Source: Octopus sinensis | Lineage: Eukaryota | Reading direction: 5' to 3' | NCBI RefSeq assembly: GCF_006345805.1 | Contig: NC_043014.1 | Coordinates: 25,110,001 to 25,174,000, forward strand | Length of the DNA: 64,000 nt | Part shown: positions 10,961-22,700 of the stretch, one piece after another | Position numbering within the stretch: the first letter of the stretch is position 1 | How the letters are laid out: each line of letters opens with the position of its first letter | The notes under the pieces: generated by a model | Told to the model about the DNA's origin: nothing | The model's database searches: none | What the model saw: the letters and a program-made list of their open reading frames with translations, nothing else | Position numbers and translations under genes: made by a program

Positions 10961-13149
10961 TTGCTTCTTTATTGGCCACACAGGGCTGGATGCAGAGGGG
11001 ACAATTACAAATGTAGAGCTTTTCTTTTCGAAGATGGAAAAGGAAAAAAAAGGAAACAAATGTAAAATTTCGATCAAAAGGGGTCGGGAGAAAAAAATGA
11101 TCAAGAGGGATCGTGTATCACAGAAAGAAAAACTTTTTTTTTTCAAAGTAACAAACAAGATTAGGTTCATCCGTGGGAAGATAAGCCTACAGAGAAGACC
11201 ACGGTAACCTCAGGTAGGGAGGAAATAAACACATGTGACAGCAGCCGTTCGGCATAAGCCCACAGGTCCGAAATAGATGGACACTGCACGAGTGCGTGAA
11301 GAACGGTTTCGTCGCTCCGACCACATCTCGGGCAAGTCGGTCCAGTGTGTCTCGAACCGTGCCTGTAGAACTTATCCCGAACAGGTAATGCTTCTCGATA
11401 GGCCAGAGATTTTTGGTGATTGTCCATTGGTCCTAGCCCGAAAGTTGTCCTGAACAGGCGGGTCAGGTGTCTCTCGTCGATGCCCAGATTCTGCCCGAGA
11501 ACGTCGTCGCACCTCACCTCCACTAATCCTCTATAGAACGCCTTTGTTGTAAAGAAGTCGCACAAATTTGGTTCTGGACGGCAGAGTTGTTTGAGAGCAA
11601 CGTAACACTCGCGGTGCCATTCGCCTAGCCTCGCTCTCTGTTTGATCCACGATTGTAGTTCGGCCAAGGAGATGAGCTGTGGGAAAGCGCGTCGCACAAA
11701 AGGCGACCACACCTGTTCACCATCGTCTATGAAGCGCCGGAGATGTCGCAGTCTCAGCGCATGTCTGCGCATCATCAACTATGGCATGCCTAGTCCTCCA
11801 TTTAGCGGGTGTTGACAGCAAATGGATCGCCTAACCATCGGAACGCTTCCCTTCCACAGGAAGCGGAAGAGTATGCGTTCCAGTTTGGTGATGGTAGGGT
11901 CGGAACAAGACACGACGGTCAGGCGGTACTCGATGACGGAAGCGATGTACGCATTTGCCACCTCCGCCCGACCTTTTAGGGATAGCTTCCTCTCAGCCCA
12001 TTGGTGGGTGAGAGTGGCCACCCTAGTCGTTATTTCGCCCCAGTTCTCCATTTGGAGGTCCGGACCGAACCAGACTCCGAGCAATTTAACCGGTCCGTCG
12101 GTCCAGTGTCCCACGATGGAGACGCTGTTGGATGGCATGAGCTTGCTTCTCCAGGTGCCGAGCCGCAAGCCCACTGATTTTTCCCGGTTAAGTTTTGCTC
12201 CCGTTACCGCTTCGTATTCTTTTAGTGTCTCGCCGACCAGGTTCATGTGCTTGTGGCTCGACACTATGATGGTGACGTCGTCCACGTATGCAGACACGCT
12301 CCTCCCGCATCCCAACTCTCGTGGGATGCCCCTCAGCATCGCCAGTTTCCACAGTAGTAGCTCGAGAGTCAAGCGATGATAGGGGGAATCCTTGATGAAC
12401 CGAATGCATGATGTTAAAAGGTCTGGAAAGATGACCATTTACACGAACTACCGAGCGGATGCCGCTGTATAAGGCAGCGATCCAATCACGGAAGATGGGA
12501 CCAAAACCAGCCGCTTTAAGGACAGCCTCTAAGTATCGACGGTCTACACTATCGAAGGCTTTTGATTGATCCAAATTGATCAGCGCCCCACCCATGCCAG
12601 GATCCTTAACTATCCTGTCTATGATGTAGTACATCAGATGGAGGTTGTCATGGATACTCCTACCCGGCACAGCGCACGTTTGCGCCTTGTCGACTAGTTT
12701 CTCGATGGCCAAAATTTTCAAATCTGCGTTGAGCAGAGTGATGGGCCTAAAATTATCTATGATGTCCCCCTTGTTTAGATCTTTCTTTTGCAATGCCACT
12801 GCTCCTTGCTTTACAAAGGCGGGGATACTTCCGTTTTGCTGCCAGTTGCAGTAGATAGCTTTCAAGACGCCTCCAAACAAGTCTGGCATGTGACAATAAA
12901 GTTCGTAGGGCAGACCATCCAAGCCTGGTGACTTGTCTCTCGCGCAGCCTGCCATCGCATCCCGTACGTCGGCGGCTGTGATGGGTTTTTCACAACACTC
13001 CGCCTCTCATGCTGAGAATCATGGCAGGGCATGCAGGTAGGCACTAAAGTCCACTCTGCGTTCTGACCCACCACTTGTCCCAAACAGTTGGGTAAAGTGT
13101 TGTTGAAAAGCCTCACACATCCTTTCAGGCTTGAGTATTTCGTGCCCCT
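10961..13149 (-). mobile_element. Tx1/L1-clade LINE copy B (5'-truncated RT, CCHC/zf-RVT region, 3'UTR)
   Basis: ORFs 12188-12955, 11779-12438, 11167-11778 (CPRCGRSDETVLHALVQC); 3'UTR homologous to 13234-13560; AATAAA at 10968-10973 (minus). Confidence 0.92.

Positions 13150-13233
<84 letters not shown>
13150..13233. repeat. (GATA)n microsatellite between Tx1 copies A and B
   Basis: Direct reading; follows AATAAA (13240-13245, minus) of copy A. Confidence 0.97.
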
Positions 13234-16200
13234 TGTTTCTTTATTAGCCACACAGGGCTGCACATAGACGGGACAAATTACAAGGTAGAGCTTTTCTTTT
13301 GGGGATAAAAAAGGGGGTTGGTTTTCGATCAAAAGGGATCATAAAAGGAAAGAAAGAGGAAAACAAAAGAAAAAAAGGGGGAGGATAAAATAAAAGGAAA
13401 GAGAAAAAATCGATTGTCAAAATAAAGTGTAAAGGGGAAGACAGGTGAGGTTTACCCGTGGAAAGAAAAGCCTACGGAAAAGACCACGGTAACCTCGGTC
13501 AATGAAGTCACATGTTACATTTTTTTTTTACAGATAAATAACTCTCTGTATTAAATTTTTACCGTTCATAGGATCATACTCAAGGTGGCTTCGTCATTCA
13601 TACATGCCATCCTTGCTACATTCACCCATCTTTTTTTAAAACATTCATTAGACAAAACTTGCCTATCTCCTCTCACTTTCCTTTTCAAGTGATACTTGAA
13701 GAAGTTGATGAGAGAGTGACCAGAGAGGAAAGTGTTTGTCTCTAATCCTCTCAGGCGCGTCCACCAGATACATTCTTTCGCCATAGCCACAAGTATGATA
13801 AAAATAGCTCTTCCTTCCTGTTTGAAGGATGACGGCGTGACGATATTAACGATAGACTCGGCTGATAAACCGACACGTCCCACACGTGACAGCAGTCGTT
13901 CGACATAAGTCCACAGGTCGGAAATTGTTGGACACTGCACGATTGCGTGCAGAACGGTTTCGTCGCTCTGACTGCATCTCGAGCAAGTCGACCTGGTGTT
14001 TCTCGAGCCATGCCTATAGAGCTTATCCCGAACAGGTAGCGCTTCTTGGTACCTCCCCTCCACTAATCCCCTATAGAATGCTTTGGTTGTGTTGAAGTCA
14101 CTCAAGGTCGACCCGGAACGGCATAGTTGCTTGAGAGCAACGCGACAGTCGCGGTGCCATTTGCCCTTCCTCGGCCTCTTTTTGATCCACGACTGCAGTT
14201 CGGTCATGGAGACGAGCTGCGAGAAGGCGTGCCTCACAAACGGCGACCACACCTGTTCATTGTCGTCTACATAGAGCTGGAGATGTCGCAGTCTCAGCGC
14301 GTGTCTGCGCATCATCAGCCACGGCATGCCCAGCCCTCCTTTTAACGGGTGTTGACAGCAAATGGATTGCCTGACCATCGGGATGCATCCTTTCCACAAG
14401 AAGCGGGAGAGAATGCGTTCTAGTTTGGTGATGGTAGGGTCGGGATAAGGTACGACGGTCAGGTGGTAGTAGATGAAAGACGCGATGTATGTGTTCGCCA
14501 CCTCCGCCCGACCTTTTAGGGACAGTTTCCTCTCAGCCCATTGCCGGGCGAGAGTGACCACCTTACTCGTTATCTCTTTCCAGTTCTTCTCCATTTGGAG
14601 GTCCGGACCGAACAAGACCCTGAGCAACTCGACTGGGCCGTCCGTCCAGCATCCCACGACGGAGGCGCTGTTGGACGACATGGGCTTGCTTCTCCAAGTG
14701 CCGAGCCGCAAGTCCACTGACTTTTCCCGGTTGATTTTCGCTCCTGTCACCGCTTCGTAGTCTTTCAGTGTCTCGCCGACCAGCTCGATGTGCTCGTGGC
14801 TTGACACTATGATGGTGACGTCGTCCGCGTATGCAGACACGCTCGTCCCACATCCCAGCTCTCGTGGGATGCCCCTCAGAGTCGCCAGCTTCCGCAGTAG
14901 TGGCTCAAGAGTCAATACGTATAGAAGCGACGAGAGGGGGCATCCCTGACGAACCGAACATGCAATGTCGAAAGTTCTCGATAGATGTCCATTTATGCAA
15001 ATTGCCGAACGGATACCTCTGTACAAAGCAGCTATCCAGCCGCGGAAAATGGGACCAAAACCAGCCGCTCTCAGGACTGCCTCCAAGTATCGATGGTCTG
15101 CCCTATCGAAAGCTTTCGATTGATCCAAATTGATCAGGGCCCCACCCATGCCAGGTTCCTTAACTACTCTGTCTATGATGTAGCGCATCAGATGGAAGTT
15201 GTCATGGATACTCCTACCCGGCACGGCACACGTTTGCGCCTTGTCGACCAGTTTCTCGATGACAAGTACCAACCTCTTGGCTAACACCTTGGTCAAAATT
15301 TTCAGGTCTGCATTGAGCAGAGTGATGGGCCTAAAGTTATCTATAATGTCCCCCTTGTTTGGATCTTTCTTCAGCAGCGTTACGGCTTCTCGACTCACAA
15401 AACTGGGTATGCTACCGTTTTGCTGCCAGTTGCAGTATACCGCTGCCAAGACATCTCCAAACAAGTCTGGCATACAATTGTAAAACTCGTAGGGCAGACC
15501 ATCTAAACCCGGCGATTTGTCTCTTGAGCATTCTGCCATTGCGTCCCGCACATCCACGTCCATGATGGCACCTTCACAGCACTCCGCCTCTCTTGTCGAG
15601 AGTCGTAGCAGGCTGTGCAGGTAGTCACTGAAGTTCAAACTGCATTCTCGCTCGCCACTCCTCCCGAACAGTCGGGCAAAATGCTGCTGAAATGCCTCAC
15701 ACATCTTGCTCGGCTTGAGCAACTTGCGTCCTTGTTCATCTACCAGAGACTGAATCGTGGCTTTGTTGCCCCACTGTGCCTCCACCACCCAGGCCTCTCT
15801 TGCGGCTCCAACACCTTCCATCCTTAGAGCACGCATCCGAGCCCTGACAGCACACCCCTTGTGTTTGGCGTTGAAGTGTTGGTCGAGGGCCAACCTCGCC
15901 GCCAAAACGTCGGATGTGATGCCGCTTCTTATTGCCTCTTCTAACTTCTTAACTAGCTCACCCTCTACTGTTTCTATCTATGGCTAGTGCTTTGCTGTAC
16001 CTAATGGCTTCTGCTTTTACTGCTCTCTTGAGGGCAAACCACCATTTGTTGTTGACGATGGCTCCTGTCAAAGCCCTCTTTACTAGTGTGCTAATTCGGT
16101 TTCTGAAAACTTGTCTCAACGGGAAAGATGCATTCAGTTTCCAGTAACCGGGACCCTGCCTATGTGCCTTATCTAAGTCTAGTGTAGACGTCACAAGTTT

Positions 16201-16891
16201 GTGATCTGTGTAGCTGACTATGTGTAATTGTGGACATCCTAAGCTATCCCTATCTGCTGTCCTGCATAGTATCCTATTTAGATACGATCTCGACTACCCA
16301 ATGCGGTTGCTCAATGTCCACGTTGGCACATTTGGGTGGTCAAGTCAGTACCTGTCAGACAGTTGAAAGTGTCTGAGCAGGTCTCTGAGGCATTTAAATC
16401 CCCGTCTATTTTCGTCTCTCCCCATGTAGTCTAGATGCGTGTCCAAGGTAGCATTCCAATCCCCCACTAAAAGTAAAGGACGAGACGTTCCCAGGTATAC
16501 TTCTAGACATTGAAAGAAATCTGGCCGACCTGTTAAAGGCGGTACATAGACTGCCTGGAGTCGAAAAGCGCACCCATCCCTGCCGTTGACATCCAGGACA
16601 ACCAGTCTACGAATATCGTCTTTACTTCGAAATCCAGACTCTTGCGAAAAAGTATCACCATGCCACTACTGCCCATTCTTGGCAGACAGGGAGAAAAATA
16701 AATGTTAAACTGTCCGCCAAAGATGGACTTTAGGACCCGTGGTTCATGGAGTCTGGTCTCACTTATTGCTATGATTTCCAAATTATGTGACTTGATGTCA
16801 TTTAAAGGGGACCCCAAGCCATGCGCACTCACACAACCAATCTTGACCATGATCCTATTGAGTTGTGTGCTTTAAAACACAAACGAAAGGA
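13234..16891 (-). mobile_element. Tx1/L1-clade LINE copy A (complete-length ORF2 region, frameshifted APE, no ORF1)
   Basis: ATG at 16850 (MVKIGCVSAHGL..IAISETRL), GYWKLN, 779-aa RT ORF, 3'UTR with AATAAA then (CTAT)n. (GATA/GACA)n at 16892-16921 upstream. Confidence 0.93.
13566..15905 (-). CDS. Tx1/L1-clade ORF2 portion: reverse transcriptase plus C-terminal zinc-binding region (779 aa)
   Basis: KSPGLDGLP, NFRPITLLN, LDQSKAFD, RQGCPLS, YADD, CSRCSQSDETVLHAIVQC. Confidence 0.85.
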   Translation of the reverse strand: MAARLALDQHFNAKHKGCAVRARMRALRMEGVGAAREAWVVEAQWGNKATIQSLVDEQGRKLLKPSKMCEAFQQHFARLFGRSGERECSLNFSDYLHSLLRLSTREAECCEGAIMDVDVRDAMAECSRDKSPGLDGLPYEFYNCMPDLFGDVLAAVYCNWQQNGSIPSFVSREAVTLLKKDPNKGDIIDNFRPITLLNADLKILTKVLAKRLVLVIEKLVDKAQTCAVPGRSIHDNFHLMRYIIDRVVKEPGMGGALINLDQSKAFDRADHRYLEAVLRAAGFGPIFRGWIAALYRGIRSAICINGHLSRTFDIACSVRQGCPLSSLLYVLTLEPLLRKLATLRGIPRELGCGTSVSAYADDVTIIVSSHEHIELVGETLKDYEAVTGAKINREKSVDLRLGTWRSKPMSSNSASVVGCWTDGPVELLRVLFGPDLQMEKNWKEITSKVVTLARQWAERKLSLKGRAEVANTYIASFIYYHLTVVPYPDPTITKLERILSRFLWKGCIPMVRQSICCQHPLKGGLGMPWLMMRRHALRLRHLQLYVDDNEQVWSPFVRHAFSQLVSMTELQSWIKKRPRKGKWHRDCRVALKQLCRSGSTLSDFNTTKAFYRGLVEGRYQEALPVRDKLYRHGSRNTRSTCSRCSQSDETVLHAIVQCPTISDLWTYVERLLSRVGRVGLSAESIVNIVTPSSFKQEGRAIFIILVAMAKECIWWTRLRGLETNTFLSGHSLINFFKYHLKRKVRGDRQVLSNECFKKRWVNVARMACMNDEATLSMIL

Positions 16892-17990
16892 ATAGATAGA
16901 TAGACAGACAGACAGACAGATTGCTAAAACCACAACATATTCACTTACAAAAAATTGTGAAACATGTTCACTCAATACTGATCATGTAATTACTTCCAGA
17001 ATTGAATTTCCTCCTGAATTGAAATATCTCATTATTCAAATTAATAGATTTTTAAATAATCAAAATATTAATATGGAAGAAAGAATCAAATGTCATATAA
17101 TGAACTTCAGTTCAAAAAAGCAGCAAATATTTGGCACAAATTTTACCCTAAAAGCAGGTCATTATACTACACTGATTAAAACTGGAGATGATAATTGGGA
17201 CAACATTATTACAAAAAGACATACTAAATTTCCTCCCATATTGCCTGACATTGTTTTATTATTTATGAAAAAAATGTAAAAAACATTAAAAAACAAAATT
17301 CAGTGGAATTGTAACTAAAAATTAAATTTAAGATGTAGATTGTATGATCAATTAATGATTATTTAGGAACAGAATTCATAAATAAAAAAAAAGTTAGCAA
17401 GAACATTTTCTTAAATTTGGAGATTAAAAATTGAAGGTCACAATAATAGTCATTTTTATTGCGAAATTAGGTTACTTAAAGCGAGCCTGGTGACTGATGG
17501 TTTTGGGGTCTTGTTGTTTGTAACTTTTGGTGAACCATGGTGCAACTAACAACATGGTAAAAATCCCTGCCATTAATTTGATGTGGATGGATAATATCAA
17601 ATAATTCAATCACAACATAAATTAAACACACAAAAAAACTGAAATATCATTATCACTTACATGGAAAAATTGAAATATTATATTTCAGTATTTTCTAAAG
17701 TAAAATTTTAAATTATTAATTGAAACATTATTAATTATCTTATAACTGCAATGTCTGGAAAAATCATGGATTACATGGAAAAATGCGAGCATGAAAAGTA
17801 ATATTCTCAAGATTGTAAACCTAGAAAAGTACAGGACAAGTAATTACCCCTTGTACAGAACAAGGTACAGAAGAGTACAGGACAAGTAATTACACAAGTA
17901 ATTACATAGGACAAATTGTTACTTCAAGTAAAGTAAAGAATAAGAAACATTTTACTTAAAATATTGCAGCTAAAATTAAAATTTGAATAT

Positions 17991-18720
17991 TCTACTAATA
18001 TTTCCAAAGTTTCTAGATGGTGTGTAATATTCAATACGATTTATATTCATTCTCGCCAGATGGTGTGTAATATTCCCTACGATTTATATTCATTCTCGCT
18101 GCTCCTTCATTTCAACCCCATATTTTAAGCGTTGGTCATAAACCAAATCCCGTTTCTCTATTATCTTATCGCCATTGTCAGCATGGCTTCCTGTCCTCTC
18201 GATTCCCCTCTCTGCTTTCAAGGCCACACCAGGATTCCTTACAAAGTACTATCCCTGCTACCTCTCATTTAAATTATGTTTTACTCACCCCCCACCCCAC
18301 CCCAATCCCTAACTCCTTATAAACCAGTGTACGATTTTATTTCGTCCCATTTCTCGAGCTACTTGATGACAACACGGATCTCAGAAACATGCCCAGATAA
18401 GCGTTCTTCACTTTTTAACCTGTCATTCATTCATATTTTTAAGCGCTGATCGTAAACCTAATCCCGTTTCTCTACTATCTTTATCTATATCGCCATTGCC
18501 AACTCGGCTTCCTGTCTGTTCTGTTTTCAGGCCCCTTCGTGTTATTCCATTCCAAATGACTTCTTACAAGTACTATCTCGCCCCCTCTCATTTAAATTAC
18601 GTTCTACTAATATTTCCAAAGTTTCTAGATGGTGTGTAATATTCAATACGATTTATATTCATTCTCGCCAGATGGTGTGTAATATTCCCTACGATTTATA
18701 TTCATTCTCGCTGCTCCTTC
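17991..18720. repeat. Identical 118-bp direct repeats (17991-18108, 18603-18720) enclosing a diverged duplication
   Basis: Read base by base; each copy has an internal tandem of agatggtgtgtaatatt..cattctcgc. Confidence 0.85.
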
Positions 18721-21313
18721 GAGGTGCCCGCCCTCCCACCCCCTCCACCAATAACCGGAAGTTTCTACCGCTGTCTTGACTCCCCCCTCCCGCGTATACA
18801 CCCACGTCGGTTCTTTTTGATCATATGGAGCAAAAATGGTGAAACGTATGCAGCTGTATGGAAGTTTCTAACCCAGTCTTACTTACCACCCCCCACCCCC
18901 ATCCCCATGTAGGGTTTATTTGATCATATAGCGCAAAAACTGTGAAATGTATGCAGGTTGAAGTCTAGTGTTTCAGTATGAAATCTGCCAACTGCAAGCT
19001 CTCTTTTCAGGTACATGACACGACTGTCCCTCATCCCAGGGTCTCAGAGGCCTACATCTCCCACACTCTCAGAGTTGGCACACTCAATGTTGGCACATTG
19101 AAAGGTAGGTCTGGAGAGATTGTAGAGCTGCTTGAACGGAGACGTGTGGATGTATGTTGTATCCAGGAAGTAAGGTGGAGAGGAGGTTCTGCTAGGCTCC
19201 TCACAGGCAAGGAACACAGGTACAAGATTTTCTGGGCAGGGAACACTGACGGGGTCGGGGGCGTGGGTATACTTCTTGCAGAGAAATGGGTGGGTAAGGT
19301 AATCAAGGTAGTCAGAGTAAGTGACAGAGTAATTAAAATTAGATTAGTCCTTCACCACAGGACAGCTACCATCATCTCGGCGTATGCCCCTCAACCAGGA
19401 CTACCAGAAGGACAAAAAGACCAATTCTATGACACCCTATTGCGGACTACCTCGTTGACAAATGACAGTGACCTTCTCTTCGTGGCAGGTGATTTCAATG
19501 GACATGTCGGACGGCATGTCGGGGGCTTCCATGGCGTCCATGGAGGCTACGGTTTTGGCTCTCGAAATGAGGAGGGAACCAGGCTGCTGGAGTTCTGCGA
19601 TGCAAATGACCTTATGGTCTGCAATACCAACTTCAGGAAACCCACCTCTCACCTAGTCACCTACCGTTCTGTCAGACACACCAGCCAGATTGACTACATC
19701 CTTGCCAGAAAAAGGAAAGAGGGCTGCTTATAAATGCCAAAACCTTTCCAGGCGAAGAATGTACTCCTCAACATAGATTAGTAGTTAGCGACTTAAGGAT
19801 CAGAGCTAAATGGTTGCCCAGAAGAAGACCTGCTTGGAGGAGAAGGGTCTGGAAGCTTAAAGATCCTGCAAATGGACAGAGATTTAGAGACATACTACTC
19901 GAAGCCTTTGACGAAATAGAAGGGGATATAGCTTCACTTAATGTGGAAGGCAACTGGAGATTTCTACGGGACAATCTGCTGACAGCCACTGACCAGATCT
20001 GTGGATGGAGCAAAGTACCATCTCGACCCAGAGTAACATGGTGGTGGAACTCTGTGGTTGACAGGGCTATTAGACAAAAGAGACAGGCTTGGAAGGACTG
20101 GGGGAACGGTGGTAGCAGGGAATTGTATCAGACAGCCAGAAGGGAAGCTAGGAGACAGGTTTATTTAGCCAGAGGGGAAACGGATAAGAAAAAATTTGCC
20201 AATGTTCTGAGCCATGAGGATGAAAGACTTGAGGTATTTCGTGTTGCAAGACAGTGTGTGAGAGAGAATCGTGATGTGGTAGGAGAGAAGTGTGTTCACA
20301 TGGATGATGGTTCACTTGCGCTAAATGAGGATGCAAAGAGAGAGGTTTGGAGATGCCACTATGAAAGGTTGCTGAATAAAGAAAATGAATGGGATAAAGA
20401 GAGTCTGCCGAATGTTGACCCAACAGAGGGACCAGCTATCCGAGTTGATAGTTCCGTGATAGCTAAGGCAATTAGAAGCATGAAGACAGGGAAAGCCCCA
20501 GGCCCATCAGGAATTACTGCAGAGATACTCAAAATATCTGGCAGTGTCGGCTATAACCTAGTCACCCGTATAGTCAACCAGGTGATACACGAAGGAGTCA
20601 TACCCAATGACTGGTGTAGCAGCATACTAGTCAACTGCTACAAAGGTAAAAGTGATGCCCTAGATACAAATAATTACAGAGGTATCAAGCTGTTGGATCA
20701 AGTAATGAAGGTTACGGAGAGAGTCATAGCCCAACTAATTAGAGAGAGAGTTAGTTTAGATGAGATGCAGTTTGGGTTCGTGCAAGGGAAAAGTACCACG
20801 GATGCTATATTCCTGGTAAGGCAGCTGCAGGAGAAATACCTAGCCAAAGATAAGCCCCTGTACCTGGCTTTTGTTGACATGGAGAAAGCTTTTGATAGGG
20901 TCCCCTGATCCCTTATCTGGTGGTCAATGAGGAAACTAGGGATAGATGAATGGCTGGTGAGGACTGTGCAAGCCATGTACAGAGATGCCGTAAGTAAGGT
21001 TAGGGTTAGCAACATGTACACAGAAGAATTCAAAGTAGAGGTTGGGGTCCACCAGGGTTCAGTACTCAGCCCCCTCCTATTTATCATAGTCCTACAGGCA
21101 ATTACGGAGGAATTCAAGACAGGTTGTCCCTGGGAGCTCCTCTATGCTGACGACCTTGCTCTTATTGCTGAGTCACTATCAGAGCTGGAGGAGAAGTTCC
21201 AGGTGTGGAAGGAGGGTTTAGAATCGAGGGGCCTTAGAGTCAACCTAGCTAAAACCAAAGTACTAATAAGTAGGAAGGTAGACAATCCGCAAATGTCTTC
21301 AGGAAGATGGCCC

Positions 21314-21445
21314 TGCTCGATCTGTAGAAAAGGTGTAGGTAGAAACTCTATAAGATGTACCCAGTGTAAGCTATGGACACATAAGAGGTGCAGCAATGTC
21401 AAAGGTAGGCTAACTGGGAAGATAGTTTTTGTATGTGGCAGATGC
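21314..21445 (+). other. PHD-type C4HC3 finger coded inside the RTE RT
   Basis: C-x2-C-x10-C-x2-C-x4-H-x2-C-x14-C-x2-C (CSIC..CTQC..H..C..CGRC) between the KTK and YLG motifs. Confidence 0.7.
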
Positions 21446-22119
21446 TCAGGAGCATTAACCTCCGAAAATCTGCAGAAAATAACTTCAGTCACTTTCCAAG
21501 GGGAAAAACTAGAAGTAGTTGATAGCTTCCGTTATCTAGGTGACCAAGTCAGTAGTGGGGGTGGGTGCGCTGAAAGTGTAACTGCTAGAATAAGAATAGC
21601 CTGGGCAAAGTTTAGGGAGCTCTTACCTCTGCTGGTGACTAAAGGCCTCTCGCTCAGAGTAAAAGGCAGACTGTATGATGCGTGTGTACGAACAGCCATG
21701 CTACATGGCAGTGAAACATGGGCCGTGACTGCCGAGGACATGCGTAAGCTCGTGAGGAATGAAGCCAGTATGCTCCGATGGATGTGTAATGTCAGTGTAC
21801 ATACTCGACAGAGCGTTAGCACCTTGAGAGAAATGTTGTACCTAAGAGGCATCAGTTGTGGTGTGCAAGAGAGACGATTGCGCTGGTATGGTCATGTGGC
21901 GAGAATGGATGAAGATAGGTGTGTGAGAAAGTGCCAATCCTTAGCAGTTGAGGGAACCCGTGGAAGAGGTAGACCCAGGAAAACCTGGGACGAGGTGGTG
22001 AAACACGACCTTCGAACTTTAGGCCTCACTGAGGAAATGACCAGCGACCGAGACCTTTGGAAATATTCTGTACGTGAGAAGACCAGGCAGGACAAGTGAG
22101 CCCAGCCCACTTATGAATG

Positions 22120-22700
22120 CCTTTCCTCCCTTGGACACAAAGACCTGTTGGGGCAAGCGAAGTCGATATAGAACCTCATCCGACGACAGGCACCCATGCC
22201 AACCCCCTTTGCTTGCGAAGACATGTTGGGGCAAGCGAAATCGAAATCGAAGTCAAAATCGAATTGAATCAGCCAGGATCCCTGGTCTGGTGGTACGTAA
22301 AAAGCACTATCCGACTCGTGGCCGATGCCAGCGCCGCCTCCACTGGCTTCTGTGCCGGTGGCACGTAAAATACACCAATCTGACCGTACGACAGGCACCC
22401 ATGCCAACCCCCTTGCTTGCGAAGACATGTTGGGGCAAGCGAAATCAAATCAAATCGAATTGAACCAGCCAGGTTCCCTGGTCTGGTGGTACGTAAAAAG
22501 CACTATCCGACTCGTGGCCGATGCCAGCGCCGCCTCCACTGGCTTCTGTGCCGGTGGCACGTAAAATACACCAATCTGACCGTACAACAGGCACCCATGC
22601 CAACCCCCTTGCTTGCGAAGACATGTTGGGGCAAGCGAAATCGAAATCGAATTGAACCAGCCAGGATCCCTGGTCTGGTGGTACGTAAAAAGCACCATCC
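22120..22700 (+). repeat. About 175-bp tandem amplification inside the RTE 3'UTR (about 3 units)
   Basis: Recurrent acaggcacccatgccaacccc..cgaagacatgttggggcaagcgaaatc..ccagccagg.tccctggtctggtggtacgtaaaaagcac. Confidence 0.88.

Noticed and set aside
17460-17545. Possible small exon (either strand) in unique AT-rich DNA
   Set aside because: Splice signals are weak and the strand and frame are ambiguous; cannot be supported without transcripts.
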